Assembly (NCBI GenBank): GCA_963772725.1
Contig: CAVYYI010000001.1
Location: 512,001 to 576,000 of the forward strand
DNA length: 64,000 nt
Reading direction: 5' to 3'
DNA from: an uncultured Phycisphaerales bacterium
Lineage (GTDB): Bacteria > Planctomycetota > Phycisphaerae > Sedimentisphaerales > Anaerobacaceae
Shown here: positions 1 through 9,169 of the stretch, in pieces
How the letters are laid out: each line of letters starts with the position of its first letter
Position numbering within the stretch: position 1 is the stretch's first letter
Notes under the pieces: model-generated
What the model saw: the letters and a program-made list of their open reading frames with translations, nothing else
What the model was told of the DNA's origin: nothing
Databases searched by the model: none
Made by a program: the position numbers and the translations under genes

Positions 1-2
1 CG

Positions 3-407
3 GGTGAGATTTTCTTCGATTCAACGGTATTTCCGCTGGCCATTGATATGCCTATGGAGCCAAATGTCCCCGGTTATACTTATCGCGCGTTTGAGACTAT
101 AAAGAAAATCAAAAGCGACCCTAAGCTGAGAGGCACACATTTTTCTCTCGGCGTGAGCAACAGTGTTCGCGACCTGCCGGGCAGGAGTATCGGAGTATGC
201 AGGGCTTATGTCGCTAAGGCGATGGAATACGGTCTTGACGCGGGCATTGTCAATGTCGCACATCATTACGGCGCGGTTGAGCCTGACCCTGACCTGCTGA
301 AGCTGGTCGATGCGTTCGCGAAAATGGACGGTTCGCCGGAATGGCTTAACAATGCTATGATGCTTATGGGCCAGTTCTGCCAGGCCAATCGTAAACCGGC
401 AAGATAG
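3..407 (+). CDS. Pterin-binding (MetH/AcsE-like) methyltransferase domain protein, C-terminal part; 5' end outside the window
   Basis: Frame open from position 3 (GEIFFDSTVFPLAID...). Motifs LGVSNS and GLDAGIVN are typical of pterin-binding TIM barrels. Confidence 0.7.
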   Translation, partial: GEIFFDSTVFPLAIDMPMEPNVPGYTYRAFETIKKIKSDPKLRGTHFSLGVSNSVRDLPGRSIGVCRAYVAKAMEYGLDAGIVNVAHHYGAVEPDPDLLKLVDAFAKMDGSPEWLNNAMMLMGQFCQANRKPAR

Positions 408-537
408 ACAAAAATTACGCTCGGAAGCTAAGTTACAGGTTAGATTGCGGCTAACTTTAATTATTTATTGACAAATCCGGCTAAAAGGTTACGATACACG
501 GTTTTAAGAACAATAATAAAGTATAATTGGGCAAGAT

Positions 538-1947
538 ATGGCAGAAGAAGTTGCCGGCGAATTATCCAAGGCGTGGACTTTTTTCGAGCGAGCCAGGAAA
601 GTAGCCGAAACAAATAATTTCGACTATGCGATAGAGATGTATATTGAAGGGTTGCAATGCGCACCGGATGAGGTGCAGGATGGCCATATCAAGCTGTATG
701 AGTTGGCTATTCAGAGGCAGTCAAAGGGGGGCAAAAAGCCTTCGATGATGGAGAAAGTAAAGCAGCTTCGCGGGGGTAAAACGCCTCTGGAGCAAATGCT
801 TAACGCGGAGTACCTTTTTGCCAAAGACCCTGCTCACATGCCTTATGCCGAAGCGATGCTGAAAGCTGCGGTTACCGGCGGGTACAAAAAAACAGCTGGG
901 TGGATTGCCGATTTGGTCTTCCAGATTAATAATACATCGTCGAAACCTTCCGCTCATACTTATATACTCCTGAAAGACTCATATTCGGCGATAGGCAATT
1001 ACGACAGGGCATTGCTTGCCTGTCAGTTTGCCGTCAAACAAAAGCCCGGAGATGGGGCGTTGGCGGATGAGTTTAAGCGTCTTTCGGCTGAGTTGACGGT
1101 TTCAAGAGGCAGGTATGACCAGGGCGGAGATTTCAGACAGTCTATAAAAAACCGTGAGGGGCAGGAGAAACAGCAGGCACAGGAAGGCGTAGTTAAAAGC
1201 GATGATTACCGCCTGTCGGTTGTTGAAGACGCGAGAAAGGCCTTTACGCAAGACCCGAATCTTCCCAAGAATATATTTAATCTGTCTGAGGTGCTGGCTA
1301 ATTTTCAGGAAGACAAATACGAAAATGAGGCGATTGAAATTCTCGAAAAAGCCTATAACGCAAAGAAGGATTTCAGTTTTAAGCAAAGAGCCGGCGTCAT
1401 CAAAATCCGTCAGCTAAACCGGAAAGTCAGAGAAGCCAAAGCCGCACTGGAGGCAAATCCGCACGATGCTTTAGCTAAAGCGAAATATGCGGAGTTCGTA
1501 GTCAAGCTGAGAAGTACCGAGTTGGAGCATTACCGCTTGTGCGTTGAAAATTATCCGACCGACCTGCAGGCCAAGTACGAATACGGTGTCCGTCTTATGC
1601 AGAATAAGCAGTGCGATGAGGCAATACCGCTGTTCCAGGAGGCACAGAGAGACCCGCGTCACAGGATTATAGCGATGGGTAAGATTGGTCTGTGTTTCTT
1701 TATGAAGGGCTGGTTTGCCGATGCGGCGGATGTTTTTAATCAGGCGATAGATGCCTACGAGGTAAAAGATGATAGTGTGGCAAAAGAACTGCGGTATAAT
1801 TTGGCGCGCGCCCTCGAAGAGCAGGGCGATACCAATCAGGCGCTTGAGATTTATCGTAAAATAGCTCAGCTTGATTTTGGGTACAAGGACGTTCGCAAGC
1901 GAGTTGACGAGTTAAGAAGCCGGAAATCCGGTCCGGCATCTCAGTAA
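538..1947 (+). CDS. Tetratricopeptide repeat protein
   Basis: 469 aa helical protein with TPR-like segments (e.g. LRYNLARALEEQGDTNQALEIYRKI). Confidence 0.8.
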   Translation: MAEEVAGELSKAWTFFERARKVAETNNFDYAIEMYIEGLQCAPDEVQDGHIKLYELAIQRQSKGGKKPSMMEKVKQLRGGKTPLEQMLNAEYLFAKDPAHMPYAEAMLKAAVTGGYKKTAGWIADLVFQINNTSSKPSAHTYILLKDSYSAIGNYDRALLACQFAVKQKPGDGALADEFKRLSAELTVSRGRYDQGGDFRQSIKNREGQEKQQAQEGVVKSDDYRLSVVEDARKAFTQDPNLPKNIFNLSEVLANFQEDKYENEAIEILEKAYNAKKDFSFKQRAGVIKIRQLNRKVREAKAALEANPHDALAKAKYAEFVVKLRSTELEHYRLCVENYPTDLQAKYEYGVRLMQNKQCDEAIPLFQEAQRDPRHRIIAMGKIGLCFFMKGWFADAADVFNQAIDAYEVKDDSVAKELRYNLARALEEQGDTNQALEIYRKIAQLDFGYKDVRKRVDELRSRKSGPASQ

Positions 1948-2003
1948 AAATGAATAGAATTTACGTTTAGCAAATTAGTAACAATTATTTTCAGGAGAAA
2001 ACA

Positions 2004-2279
2004 GTGGCACATTCGCTATCAGCCAAAAAAAGAGTAAGACAAAACGAAAAGAAAAATACAATTAATCGTTTGCGCAGAAGCCAGGTGAAAACGCAAATTA
2101 AGAAGTTTGAAACAGTTCTTGGCAGCGGAGATGTTAATGTCGCGGCTGAACAGTATCAGCTTTTAGTAAAAAAGTTAGACAAGACGGCATCGACCAGCAC
2201 AATGCACAAGAAGACCGCCGCCAGGAAGAAATCCAGGCTTGCCAAAAAGCTTAACGCCTTAAAGGCAAAAAAAGCTTAA
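2004..2279 (+). CDS. rpsT: 30S ribosomal protein S20
   Basis: MAHSLSAKKRVRQ...HKKTAARKKSRLAK signature; SD CAGGAG upstream of the GTG start. Confidence 0.97.
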   Translation: MAHSLSAKKRVRQNEKKNTINRLRRSQVKTQIKKFETVLGSGDVNVAAEQYQLLVKKLDKTASTSTMHKKTAARKKSRLAKKLNALKAKKA

Positions 2280-2302
2280 TATAGATTTCTATAATCTAAT
2301 AA

Positions 2303-4516
2303 ATGCCAGAAATATTCAAAAGAAATATAATAAAACTGCTGCGGCATCCGGATTATACGCCGCTGAAGACCGCTCATCTGGCAAAGGCGCTGGGGGTAAG
2401 CAAAGAGGATGAGCCGCAGTTTAAAGCCGCGGTTGAGGAATTACATCAGGCAGGACACATTGTTGTAGGTGCGGGAGAGACCATTTCTTTGCCGCGTATG
2501 GCTGGTAAAATTACCGGCATATTCAGGGCCAATCCCAAGGGGTTCGGCTTTGTTGTGGCGCCCAATCCGATGGATGGGGATTTATTTATTCCGCCGGGCG
2601 AGACAGCTGATGCCATGACTGGGGACACGGTTACAGCGAAAGTTATAAGGCCCTCCAAAGGCGGCAGTCAACGATGTGTGGGTAGGATAATTGAAATTCT
2701 CAAAAGGGCGGAAAACCGTTTTGTTGGTACGCTTTTAAAGCAGGGAGCAAGCTGGTTTGTTCAGCCTGACGGAAGCACGTTTGTAAAACCCATTGCGGTC
2801 GATGATGTTACCGCTAAAAACGCTCAGCTAAAAGACAAGGTGGTTGTTGAGATAATCTCATATCCCACCGAATATGAATTCGCCAGAGGCGTAATCATCG
2901 AAGTTTTCGGCAAGAGCGGGCGCTACGACAGCGAGATAAGGTCGATAATTTATCAGTATCATTTGCCGGGCGAGTTTAACGAAAATTGCCTCAGGCAGTC
3001 ACACGATGCCGCCGCTGGGTTTAATCCGCAGGATATCCCCGACAGGGAAGACATAACAGGGAAAATAATTGTTACGATTGACCCGCCAGACGCGAAAGAT
3101 TTTGACGACGCGATAAGCCTCGAGAAAGATTCGAACGGCAACTGGGTTCTCGGCGTGCATATCGCGGATGTGAGCAATTTTATTTCGCTGGGTTCTCTGC
3201 TGGATGTCGAGGCCAATGCCCGCGGCAACAGCGTTTATCTGCCGAATAAAACAATTCCAATGCTGCCCGAAATCCTCAGCAACGGCATTTGCAGTCTTCA
3301 AGCTGGTCAAAAGCGATTTGTTAAAAGCGCATATATTACCTACGACCATGACGGCGGAATTTTATCCAAAAGGTTCGCCAACAGCATGATGTGTTCAACG
3401 CAGAGGCTAACTTATGAACAGGTTGACAAGTTGCTCAAGGGACACACCAAAGGTATCGCAGCTCCCGTTATGGGCCTTCTTAAGGATATGGAATCGCTCA
3501 GCAGGGCGATTGAGAATCGCCGCAACGAAGCTGGAATGCTCCATCTCGATTTGCCTGAAACGGAACTGATATTCGATAAAGCGGGTCGTGTTGTAGACGC
3601 CTGTCCCGCTGATACCAGTTACCCGCACACGATGATTGAGATGTTCATGGTAGAAGCCAACGAGGCCGTCGCCGCGCTTCTGGATAAGCTCAATGTTCCT
3701 TTCATGCGAAGAATACATCCCGAACCGAATATTCTAAGCATGAAAAAGCTGTCATTGCTCGCCAGGGGTTTTGGTTTTACTACCCCTCGTACCCCCGACC
3801 GTTTTTCAGTACAAAAGCTCCTTGAAGCCGCCAAAGGACAGGACTGCTCTTTGGCATTGAATTTAATCGTTCTTCGCAGTTTCGAAAAAGCCCAGTATTC
3901 ACCTCTCAATATCGGCCATTACGCCCTCGCTTCGACGCATTATTGCCATTTTACAAGCCCGATACGCCGTTACGCCGATTTGCTTATTCATCGTCTCCTG
4001 GATGAATATTTGCGTAAAGGTTCAAAGCATGTCTCCGGTGAAAAACTTTCAAAAGAAGATTTAGTCGAAATCGGCAGACATCTTACCTATACCGAGGAGC
4101 AGGCCGACGACGCAGAAACAGAGCTTAAAAAAGTTCTAATACTCCAAATGCTTAGCAGCCATATCGGCGATGAGCTTGATTGCGTCGTTACAGGCCTTAC
4201 CAGTTTCGGCGTATTTGTCCAATCGAAAAAGTTCGGTATTGACGGCCTTATCCCCATGGAAAATCTCGGCCCCGATAAATGGCAGTTTAACGCGAAGGCA
4301 AATTGTATCGTCGGTCTTGGCTCAGGTATCACCGTCTATTTAGGCAGAGCCATAAAGGTGCGCATCATTTCTGTAAACGTTCCAGCTCGGCAGTTGAATC
4401 TCTTCCCCGTTGAACCGCTCGCCGCCGGCAAAAAGAAATCAAAACCACACAAAGCCCGAAATAAATCCCAAAGATATTCCCGAAAAACCCGCTTCAAAAG
4501 AAGAAGAAGAAGATAA
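2303..4516 (+). CDS. rnr: Ribonuclease R
   Basis: RNB motifs TIDPPDAKDFDDAIS and HFTSPIRRYADL, cold-shock and S1 domains, basic C-terminal tail. Confidence 0.95.
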   Translation: MPEIFKRNIIKLLRHPDYTPLKTAHLAKALGVSKEDEPQFKAAVEELHQAGHIVVGAGETISLPRMAGKITGIFRANPKGFGFVVAPNPMDGDLFIPPGETADAMTGDTVTAKVIRPSKGGSQRCVGRIIEILKRAENRFVGTLLKQGASWFVQPDGSTFVKPIAVDDVTAKNAQLKDKVVVEIISYPTEYEFARGVIIEVFGKSGRYDSEIRSIIYQYHLPGEFNENCLRQSHDAAAGFNPQDIPDREDITGKIIVTIDPPDAKDFDDAISLEKDSNGNWVLGVHIADVSNFISLGSLLDVEANARGNSVYLPNKTIPMLPEILSNGICSLQAGQKRFVKSAYITYDHDGGILSKRFANSMMCSTQRLTYEQVDKLLKGHTKGIAAPVMGLLKDMESLSRAIENRRNEAGMLHLDLPETELIFDKAGRVVDACPADTSYPHTMIEMFMVEANEAVAALLDKLNVPFMRRIHPEPNILSMKKLSLLARGFGFTTPRTPDRFSVQKLLEAAKGQDCSLALNLIVLRSFEKAQYSPLNIGHYALASTHYCHFTSPIRRYADLLIHRLLDEYLRKGSKHVSGEKLSKEDLVEIGRHLTYTEEQADDAETELKKVLILQMLSSHIGDELDCVVTGLTSFGVFVQSKKFGIDGLIPMENLGPDKWQFNAKANCIVGLGSGITVYLGRAIKVRIISVNVPARQLNLFPVEPLAAGKKKSKPHKARNKSQRYSRKTRFKRRRRR

Positions 4517-4520
4517 AAAT

Positions 4521-4559
4521 AAAAAGGCCGGACAAGACCATCCGCCCGGCCTTAAATTT
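4521..4559 (+). terminator. Hairpin after rnr, probable terminator
   Basis: AAGGCCGG...CCGGCCTT inverted repeat just after the stop codon. Confidence 0.5.
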
Positions 4560-4577
4560 ATCGTACTTGCATAATTA

Positions 4578-6064
4578 GTCGTCCCTGAAAAAGTAGATTT
4601 CAGTTTCAGGCGGCATATGTAAGCTGGGCAAATTCTGCCGACAGCCCCAAATTTTGAATAAACCGGCAAAGCCAAAAAATAATTTTCCGCAGCAACTTGC
4701 GGATATTAAACCCGCAAGCGCTCAATATCGCATTAACCTTATCGCCTTCGACGCCCTTGAGGTAGTTTCTGTCCAGACCGTTATCAGATTTACAATGTCC
4801 TATCACAGGCTCAATCATACTTCGCCTGCTGTACCACTTTCGGATACTTCTCGGCAGCTTTCGCCAGCCCCTTTTGACGATATGAACCTCCGCAATATCT
4901 CCACAGCCATGACCTTTGTACCCATCATCAACATAAACATCTTCAAAACCTTTTTTATCCAGCAGTTTCATCGTCTGGGAGAGTGTATCTTTTAACGTAT
5001 GTCCATCATATGGATTCCCTTCAAAAGCAACCGCTGCGACTACAAAGGCGTTTTGAGCGGGAGACGCCAGTGCCACCTTACAGCCAAACTCATACTTCTT
5101 GTGTGCCTTGCCCTTGCTTATGCAGTTAACCTCCGGCGCGTGAATACTGTATAGCTTGTTACTGCTGTCCCGTTTCTGGGATAATAACCTCCTGGACATA
5201 TCGAGCAATTCTGAAAACTCCTGCTGCAATTGAGGCTTCTGCAATATCTTACGCTCTATATCCCTTGTAACTCTTCCCAGACAGGTCTTTAGTTTCCTTA
5301 ATTGCTTATCCGCTTTTTTGAACTGCCTGGCGTGTGAAAATCTGTGCTGCATAACAAAAGCCCTTTTGGCTACCCTCTGATAACTCTGCCGAAGTTCTAT
5401 GTCATTATCCTGTGCCTTTTTGACAAGCTTTACTCTCATCTTATGATAAAGGCGTGCATCGGTCGGAAAGGCTGTCGCCTTTTCCTGCACCGTTGTATCG
5501 ACTACTATCTTTTTTAACTGATGCGGTTTAACTGTGCCGGTTTTAAGGCCTGCGCTTATGGTCTGCTCAAGCAGCTTTTCCATACCAGCGTCCTTAATCC
5601 GGTTACGCCATTTGGTCATACTGGTTGGGTCAATCGGAAATTCATGCTGAAAATATTGCTCTCCGCAAAAATACTGCCAGTAAGGATTCTCTATCCATCT
5701 CTCAACTACAGACTCATCGCTGAGATTATATGCGCTTTTGAGATAATGAAGTCCTGCCATAAGGCGGGTGGGTTTGGCTGGTCTGCCGAAGCCCGGATCA
5801 TAGAGTTTACCGAAGGCGGCATCAAACTCTGACCAGATGATGATATTTGCCAGTTTATATAAAGGATGCTGCTCGTTTAGTATCTGCTCCAGCTTCGAGG
5901 TGAATAACATTGACTGGGAATTGCTTTGTTGTTTAGGCTGCATAAAAACCTCCATGTTTTGCAAGGAAATTAATAATAAATATCATTTCCCTGCAATTTA
6001 GCGCCAGATTTTTAAATTGCAAGCCTTTATATACAAAAAAGTTAAATTATTTTTCAGGGACGAC
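4578..6064 (-). mobile_element. IS5-family insertion sequence, copy 1 (1487 bp)
   Basis: Terminal IRs GTCGTCCCTGAAAAA / TTTTTCAGGGACGAC; flanks TAATTA / TAAATA; near-identical to 22209-23695. Confidence 0.93.
4606..5964 (-). CDS. IS5-family DDE transposase
   Basis: LSDESVVERWIENPYWQYFCG, VDTTVQEK, KGKAHKKYEFG and IEPVIGHCK motifs. Confidence 0.95.
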   Translation of the reverse strand: MQNMEVFMQPKQQSNSQSMLFTSKLEQILNEQHPLYKLANIIIWSEFDAAFGKLYDPGFGRPAKPTRLMAGLHYLKSAYNLSDESVVERWIENPYWQYFCGEQYFQHEFPIDPTSMTKWRNRIKDAGMEKLLEQTISAGLKTGTVKPHQLKKIVVDTTVQEKATAFPTDARLYHKMRVKLVKKAQDNDIELRQSYQRVAKRAFVMQHRFSHARQFKKADKQLRKLKTCLGRVTRDIERKILQKPQLQQEFSELLDMSRRLLSQKRDSSNKLYSIHAPEVNCISKGKAHKKYEFGCKVALASPAQNAFVVAAVAFEGNPYDGHTLKDTLSQTMKLLDKKGFEDVYVDDGYKGHGCGDIAEVHIVKRGWRKLPRSIRKWYSRRSMIEPVIGHCKSDNGLDRNYLKGVEGDKVNAILSACGFNIRKLLRKIIFWLCRFIQNLGLSAEFAQLTYAA

Positions 6065-6079
6065 TAAATAATGTTAATA

Positions 6080-7325
6080 GAGACCTCTGAAAAACTATGC
6101 ATTTTTTACAAAACATTAATGCAATTATCAGCGGATATGATATAATGCGTCCATTCAATAGTCAATTTTATTGCATGGAGGCAAAGATTATGGAACGCAC
6201 AAGCAATCAACCAACATTTCTCAACAGTTTAACCTCTGACCTCGGCGGTCGTCGCACTGCTCAATTTTTTCAAAAATGCGACCAGCTTATACCATGGAAC
6301 GAACTTGCTGAGCCGTTAAGGGATATGTACAAGAACAACACCGACAAAGGCGGAGCATCGAATTATCCACTTGTAATGATGATAAAATGCATAATGCTGC
6401 AAAAGTGGTTTAATCTTTCCGACCCGATGCTCGAAGAGATGCTCTGTGACCGTATATCCTTCAGACGATTTGTAGGCCTTAAGATGGAACAGGATGCACC
6501 TGATGAAACTACTTTTGTGCAGTTTCGCAAGCGTCTTAATATAAACGGCCATATAGCTACATTATTTGATAAGACTATCGCCATACTCAAAAGTCGCGGC
6601 GTTATACTCGAGGAAGGGACCTGTGTTGATGCCACTATAATAGAAGCGCCTCGCGGCAGAACTGGCAAAGACGGTATTTCCAGCACCAAAGACAAGGCGG
6701 CAGGTTATACGAAAAAGCGTGGCAGAATATATCACGGCTATAAGGGCCATATTGCTACTGACTGTAACGGCATGATTAAAGACTACCGTTTCGATACCGC
6801 CTCAACCCATGACAGCAGGTATATTGACGAACTTGTTGAGGATGAGAAGGACAGTGTCTTTGCTGATAGTGCATATATGGATAAAGACCGAAAGGCAAAA
6901 CTGGAGGAACGCGGCGTGTTCTGCGGAATTATTCAAAAACGAGTTCGCGGCCAGAAGGAATTAACAGCCTCACAGAAATTGCATAACCGTCTGGTGGCGG
7001 GAATTCGGGCGGTGGTTGAACATCCGTTTGCGTGGATGAAGAATACCGGCTACGGCAGGACTCGATATCGAGGTATGAGGCGTAACGCCTTTGATTTTGG
7101 GTTACATGTAATAGCGTACAATTGGAAAAGGAGTTTTAGCCTGGTGAGTATTGCCGGATAACGGACAAAGCCGGCGATAAGTGTACAAAAAGATATACCA
7201 AAGGCATAAAAGAATCCTTTGGTAAGGCGAGAAAACAGTTTTTGCGGTGTATCGAAATAATTTTTCGAAGCACTTCAAGCAAAAATATAAGAGAATAATA
7301 AAATGTGAGGTTTTTCAGAGGTCTC
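6080..7325 (+). mobile_element. Second, distinct IS5-family insertion sequence (1246 bp)
   Basis: Perfect 16-bp IRs GAGACCTCTGAAAAAC / GTTTTTCAGAGGTCTC; 4-bp target duplication AATA (6076-6079, 7326-7329). Confidence 0.93.
6097..7161 (+). CDS. IS5-family DDE transposase (true start possibly MERTS near 6190)
   Basis: LQKWFNLSDPMLEE, PDETT, VDATII, ADSAY and VEHPF motifs. Confidence 0.95.
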   Translation: MHFLQNINAIISGYDIMRPFNSQFYCMEAKIMERTSNQPTFLNSLTSDLGGRRTAQFFQKCDQLIPWNELAEPLRDMYKNNTDKGGASNYPLVMMIKCIMLQKWFNLSDPMLEEMLCDRISFRRFVGLKMEQDAPDETTFVQFRKRLNINGHIATLFDKTIAILKSRGVILEEGTCVDATIIEAPRGRTGKDGISSTKDKAAGYTKKRGRIYHGYKGHIATDCNGMIKDYRFDTASTHDSRYIDELVEDEKDSVFADSAYMDKDRKAKLEERGVFCGIIQKRVRGQKELTASQKLHNRLVAGIRAVVEHPFAWMKNTGYGRTRYRGMRRNAFDFGLHVIAYNWKRSFSLVSIAG

Positions 7326-7491
7326 AATAATGTAAAGAATGAAAAGAATGATGTTTTCAAAAGTTTTCTTTTTCTTTTTTTCTTTGTTTAAAAATAACGT
7401 GCAGTCCGCCGAAGGTGGATATCCGGTTAATCCTGTCTGAAAAAAGTTTGCTCTTGAAAAATGTGGCGGGATTGGGTATATTTCACTGCTT

Positions 7492-7944
7492 ATGGATGTA
7501 AGAAATGCTAAAATTTCGGATGCCAAGGCGATTTACGCCTTGATTAACTATTACGCTGAACAGGATAAGATGCTTTTCCGCTCGATGGCGGATATTTATG
7601 AGAATCTCCGCAATTTCGTCGTCGCTGAGCTTAACGGCATAATGGTCGGCTGTTGCTCGCTGCAGATTATATGGAGCGACCTGGCTGAAATCAAATCTCT
7701 GGCGGTCAACGAGGCGAACATGAATACCGGAATAGGCAAAATGCTCGTCATCGCTGCCCTTGAGCAGGCACAGCAGTTAGGGGTAAAGCAGGTTTTCGCG
7801 CTTACGCTTTCGCCTGAATTTTTCCAGAAGCTCGGATTTTCGATAGTCGAAAAAAGCGACCTGCCGATGAAAGTCTGGAGCGATTGCGCGAAATGTCCCA
7901 AGCAGCAGAACTGCGACGAAACCGCGGTTATTTACCAAGTCTAA
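7492..7944 (+). CDS. GNAT N-acetyltransferase, short ArgA-like type
   Basis: AEIKSLAV, GIGKMLV, FALT and C-terminal KVWSDCAKCPKQQNCDE. Confidence 0.8.
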   Translation: MDVRNAKISDAKAIYALINYYAEQDKMLFRSMADIYENLRNFVVAELNGIMVGCCSLQIIWSDLAEIKSLAVNEANMNTGIGKMLVIAALEQAQQLGVKQVFALTLSPEFFQKLGFSIVEKSDLPMKVWSDCAKCPKQQNCDETAVIYQV

Positions 7945-8020
7945 AAGACGCTCGCGGCCTAATCCACATATTTCATTAACCGCAGAGAAAACCGGACGCA
8001 AGACGAAGTAATCAATTGTA

Positions 8021-8983
8021 TTATCCAACCTGTCGGCGCTGGAAAAGGGCGACGGCTGCGCAAAGGGCGGCGGCGGTATAGCACAATGAATATAAACAAC
8101 TGATTAAAATGTATTTGAAGGGGACAACGCTACCCTCATAAATGGCGTCACATATCCAGAAAACCTGCAGGTTAGGCACAAGAGAATAACATACTTTTGC
8201 CCATAAATGCGTATGGGCCAACTGACCGAAGGCATAATCGCTGACCAGTCCGAGGAGAAAAATACCAATACAAACGGAGAGCGTTACGACTATATTGAAT
8301 CTGGTCGAAAGCATGACCGCCAGAGCGGCGATAATCAGTGCCGCGAAAAACAATATTACACAGCCGTAAACATCAAGCAGGTTTATGTTATTTTCGGAAG
8401 GGTTGAAATGCCAGTTTTTGTCGATGAAGGCCATAAATACAATGCTCAGTGTCGCGAAAACGCCGCCTAACACGATAGCGGTCGAAGAAAATCTCCAATC
8501 GTAAGTGTAGTTAAAAAAGGCACTTAGCGATAAAATTATCACTATTGAAGCTCCTGCCGCGGCCAGCACAGTCATATCGGAAACGTCGCTTGCGGTTTCG
8601 AGAACACCGTGCCTGATAGCCATTAGAAGGGCGATTGAGCATATATAATGGGCAAGAAGGATGGCACCGGCGATGCCTAAAAACTTCGCGAGAATAAAGA
8701 CGGGACGCTGTACGGGTTTACTGAGAACTGTAACTATGGTCTTATTTTCTATTTCATCTGCCACCGCCCCTGACGCCGAGAAAATTGCTATGAACAAACT
8801 GCTCAGGAAAAGCGTAGAAAGACATAATTCGCGAAGAAGCTTATTGTCGTCGCTCATTGTGTACATAGTTAATGACGGGCTCAGGAAGAACAGGAGCAGT
8901 GAGGACGCGATAATTATGGCGTAAACAGGCTGTCTTAAAGTCTCTACAAAAGTATTTTGAGCTAATGTTAATAGTTTTCTCAT
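8021..8983 (-). CDS. ABC-2-type transporter permease
   Basis: Multi-TM protein with EIENKTIVTVLSKPVQR...LAKFLG motif. Confidence 0.85.
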   Translation of the reverse strand: MRKLLTLAQNTFVETLRQPVYAIIIASSLLLFFLSPSLTMYTMSDDNKLLRELCLSTLFLSSLFIAIFSASGAVADEIENKTIVTVLSKPVQRPVFILAKFLGIAGAILLAHYICSIALLMAIRHGVLETASDVSDMTVLAAAGASIVIILSLSAFFNYTYDWRFSSTAIVLGGVFATLSIVFMAFIDKNWHFNPSENNINLLDVYGCVILFFAALIIAALAVMLSTRFNIVVTLSVCIGIFLLGLVSDYAFGQLAHTHLWAKVCYSLVPNLQVFWICDAIYEGSVVPFKYILISCLYSLCYTAAALCAAVALFQRRQVG

Positions 8984-9169
8984 TGCTTATGTCTATAACG
9001 AAAAAGCGGTATCCAAAAAAATGTAAATTTTATAAAATTTTATAAATAGTCTCTATACTAAAATAACCATTGCTGTTATACTACTGTGCTTATAAATTGT
9101 AAAGAATTAATTGATTATACTTGATTTGCAATCTTTTTGTTCGAAAAGGAAAATTTTTAGGGAAGAGAA

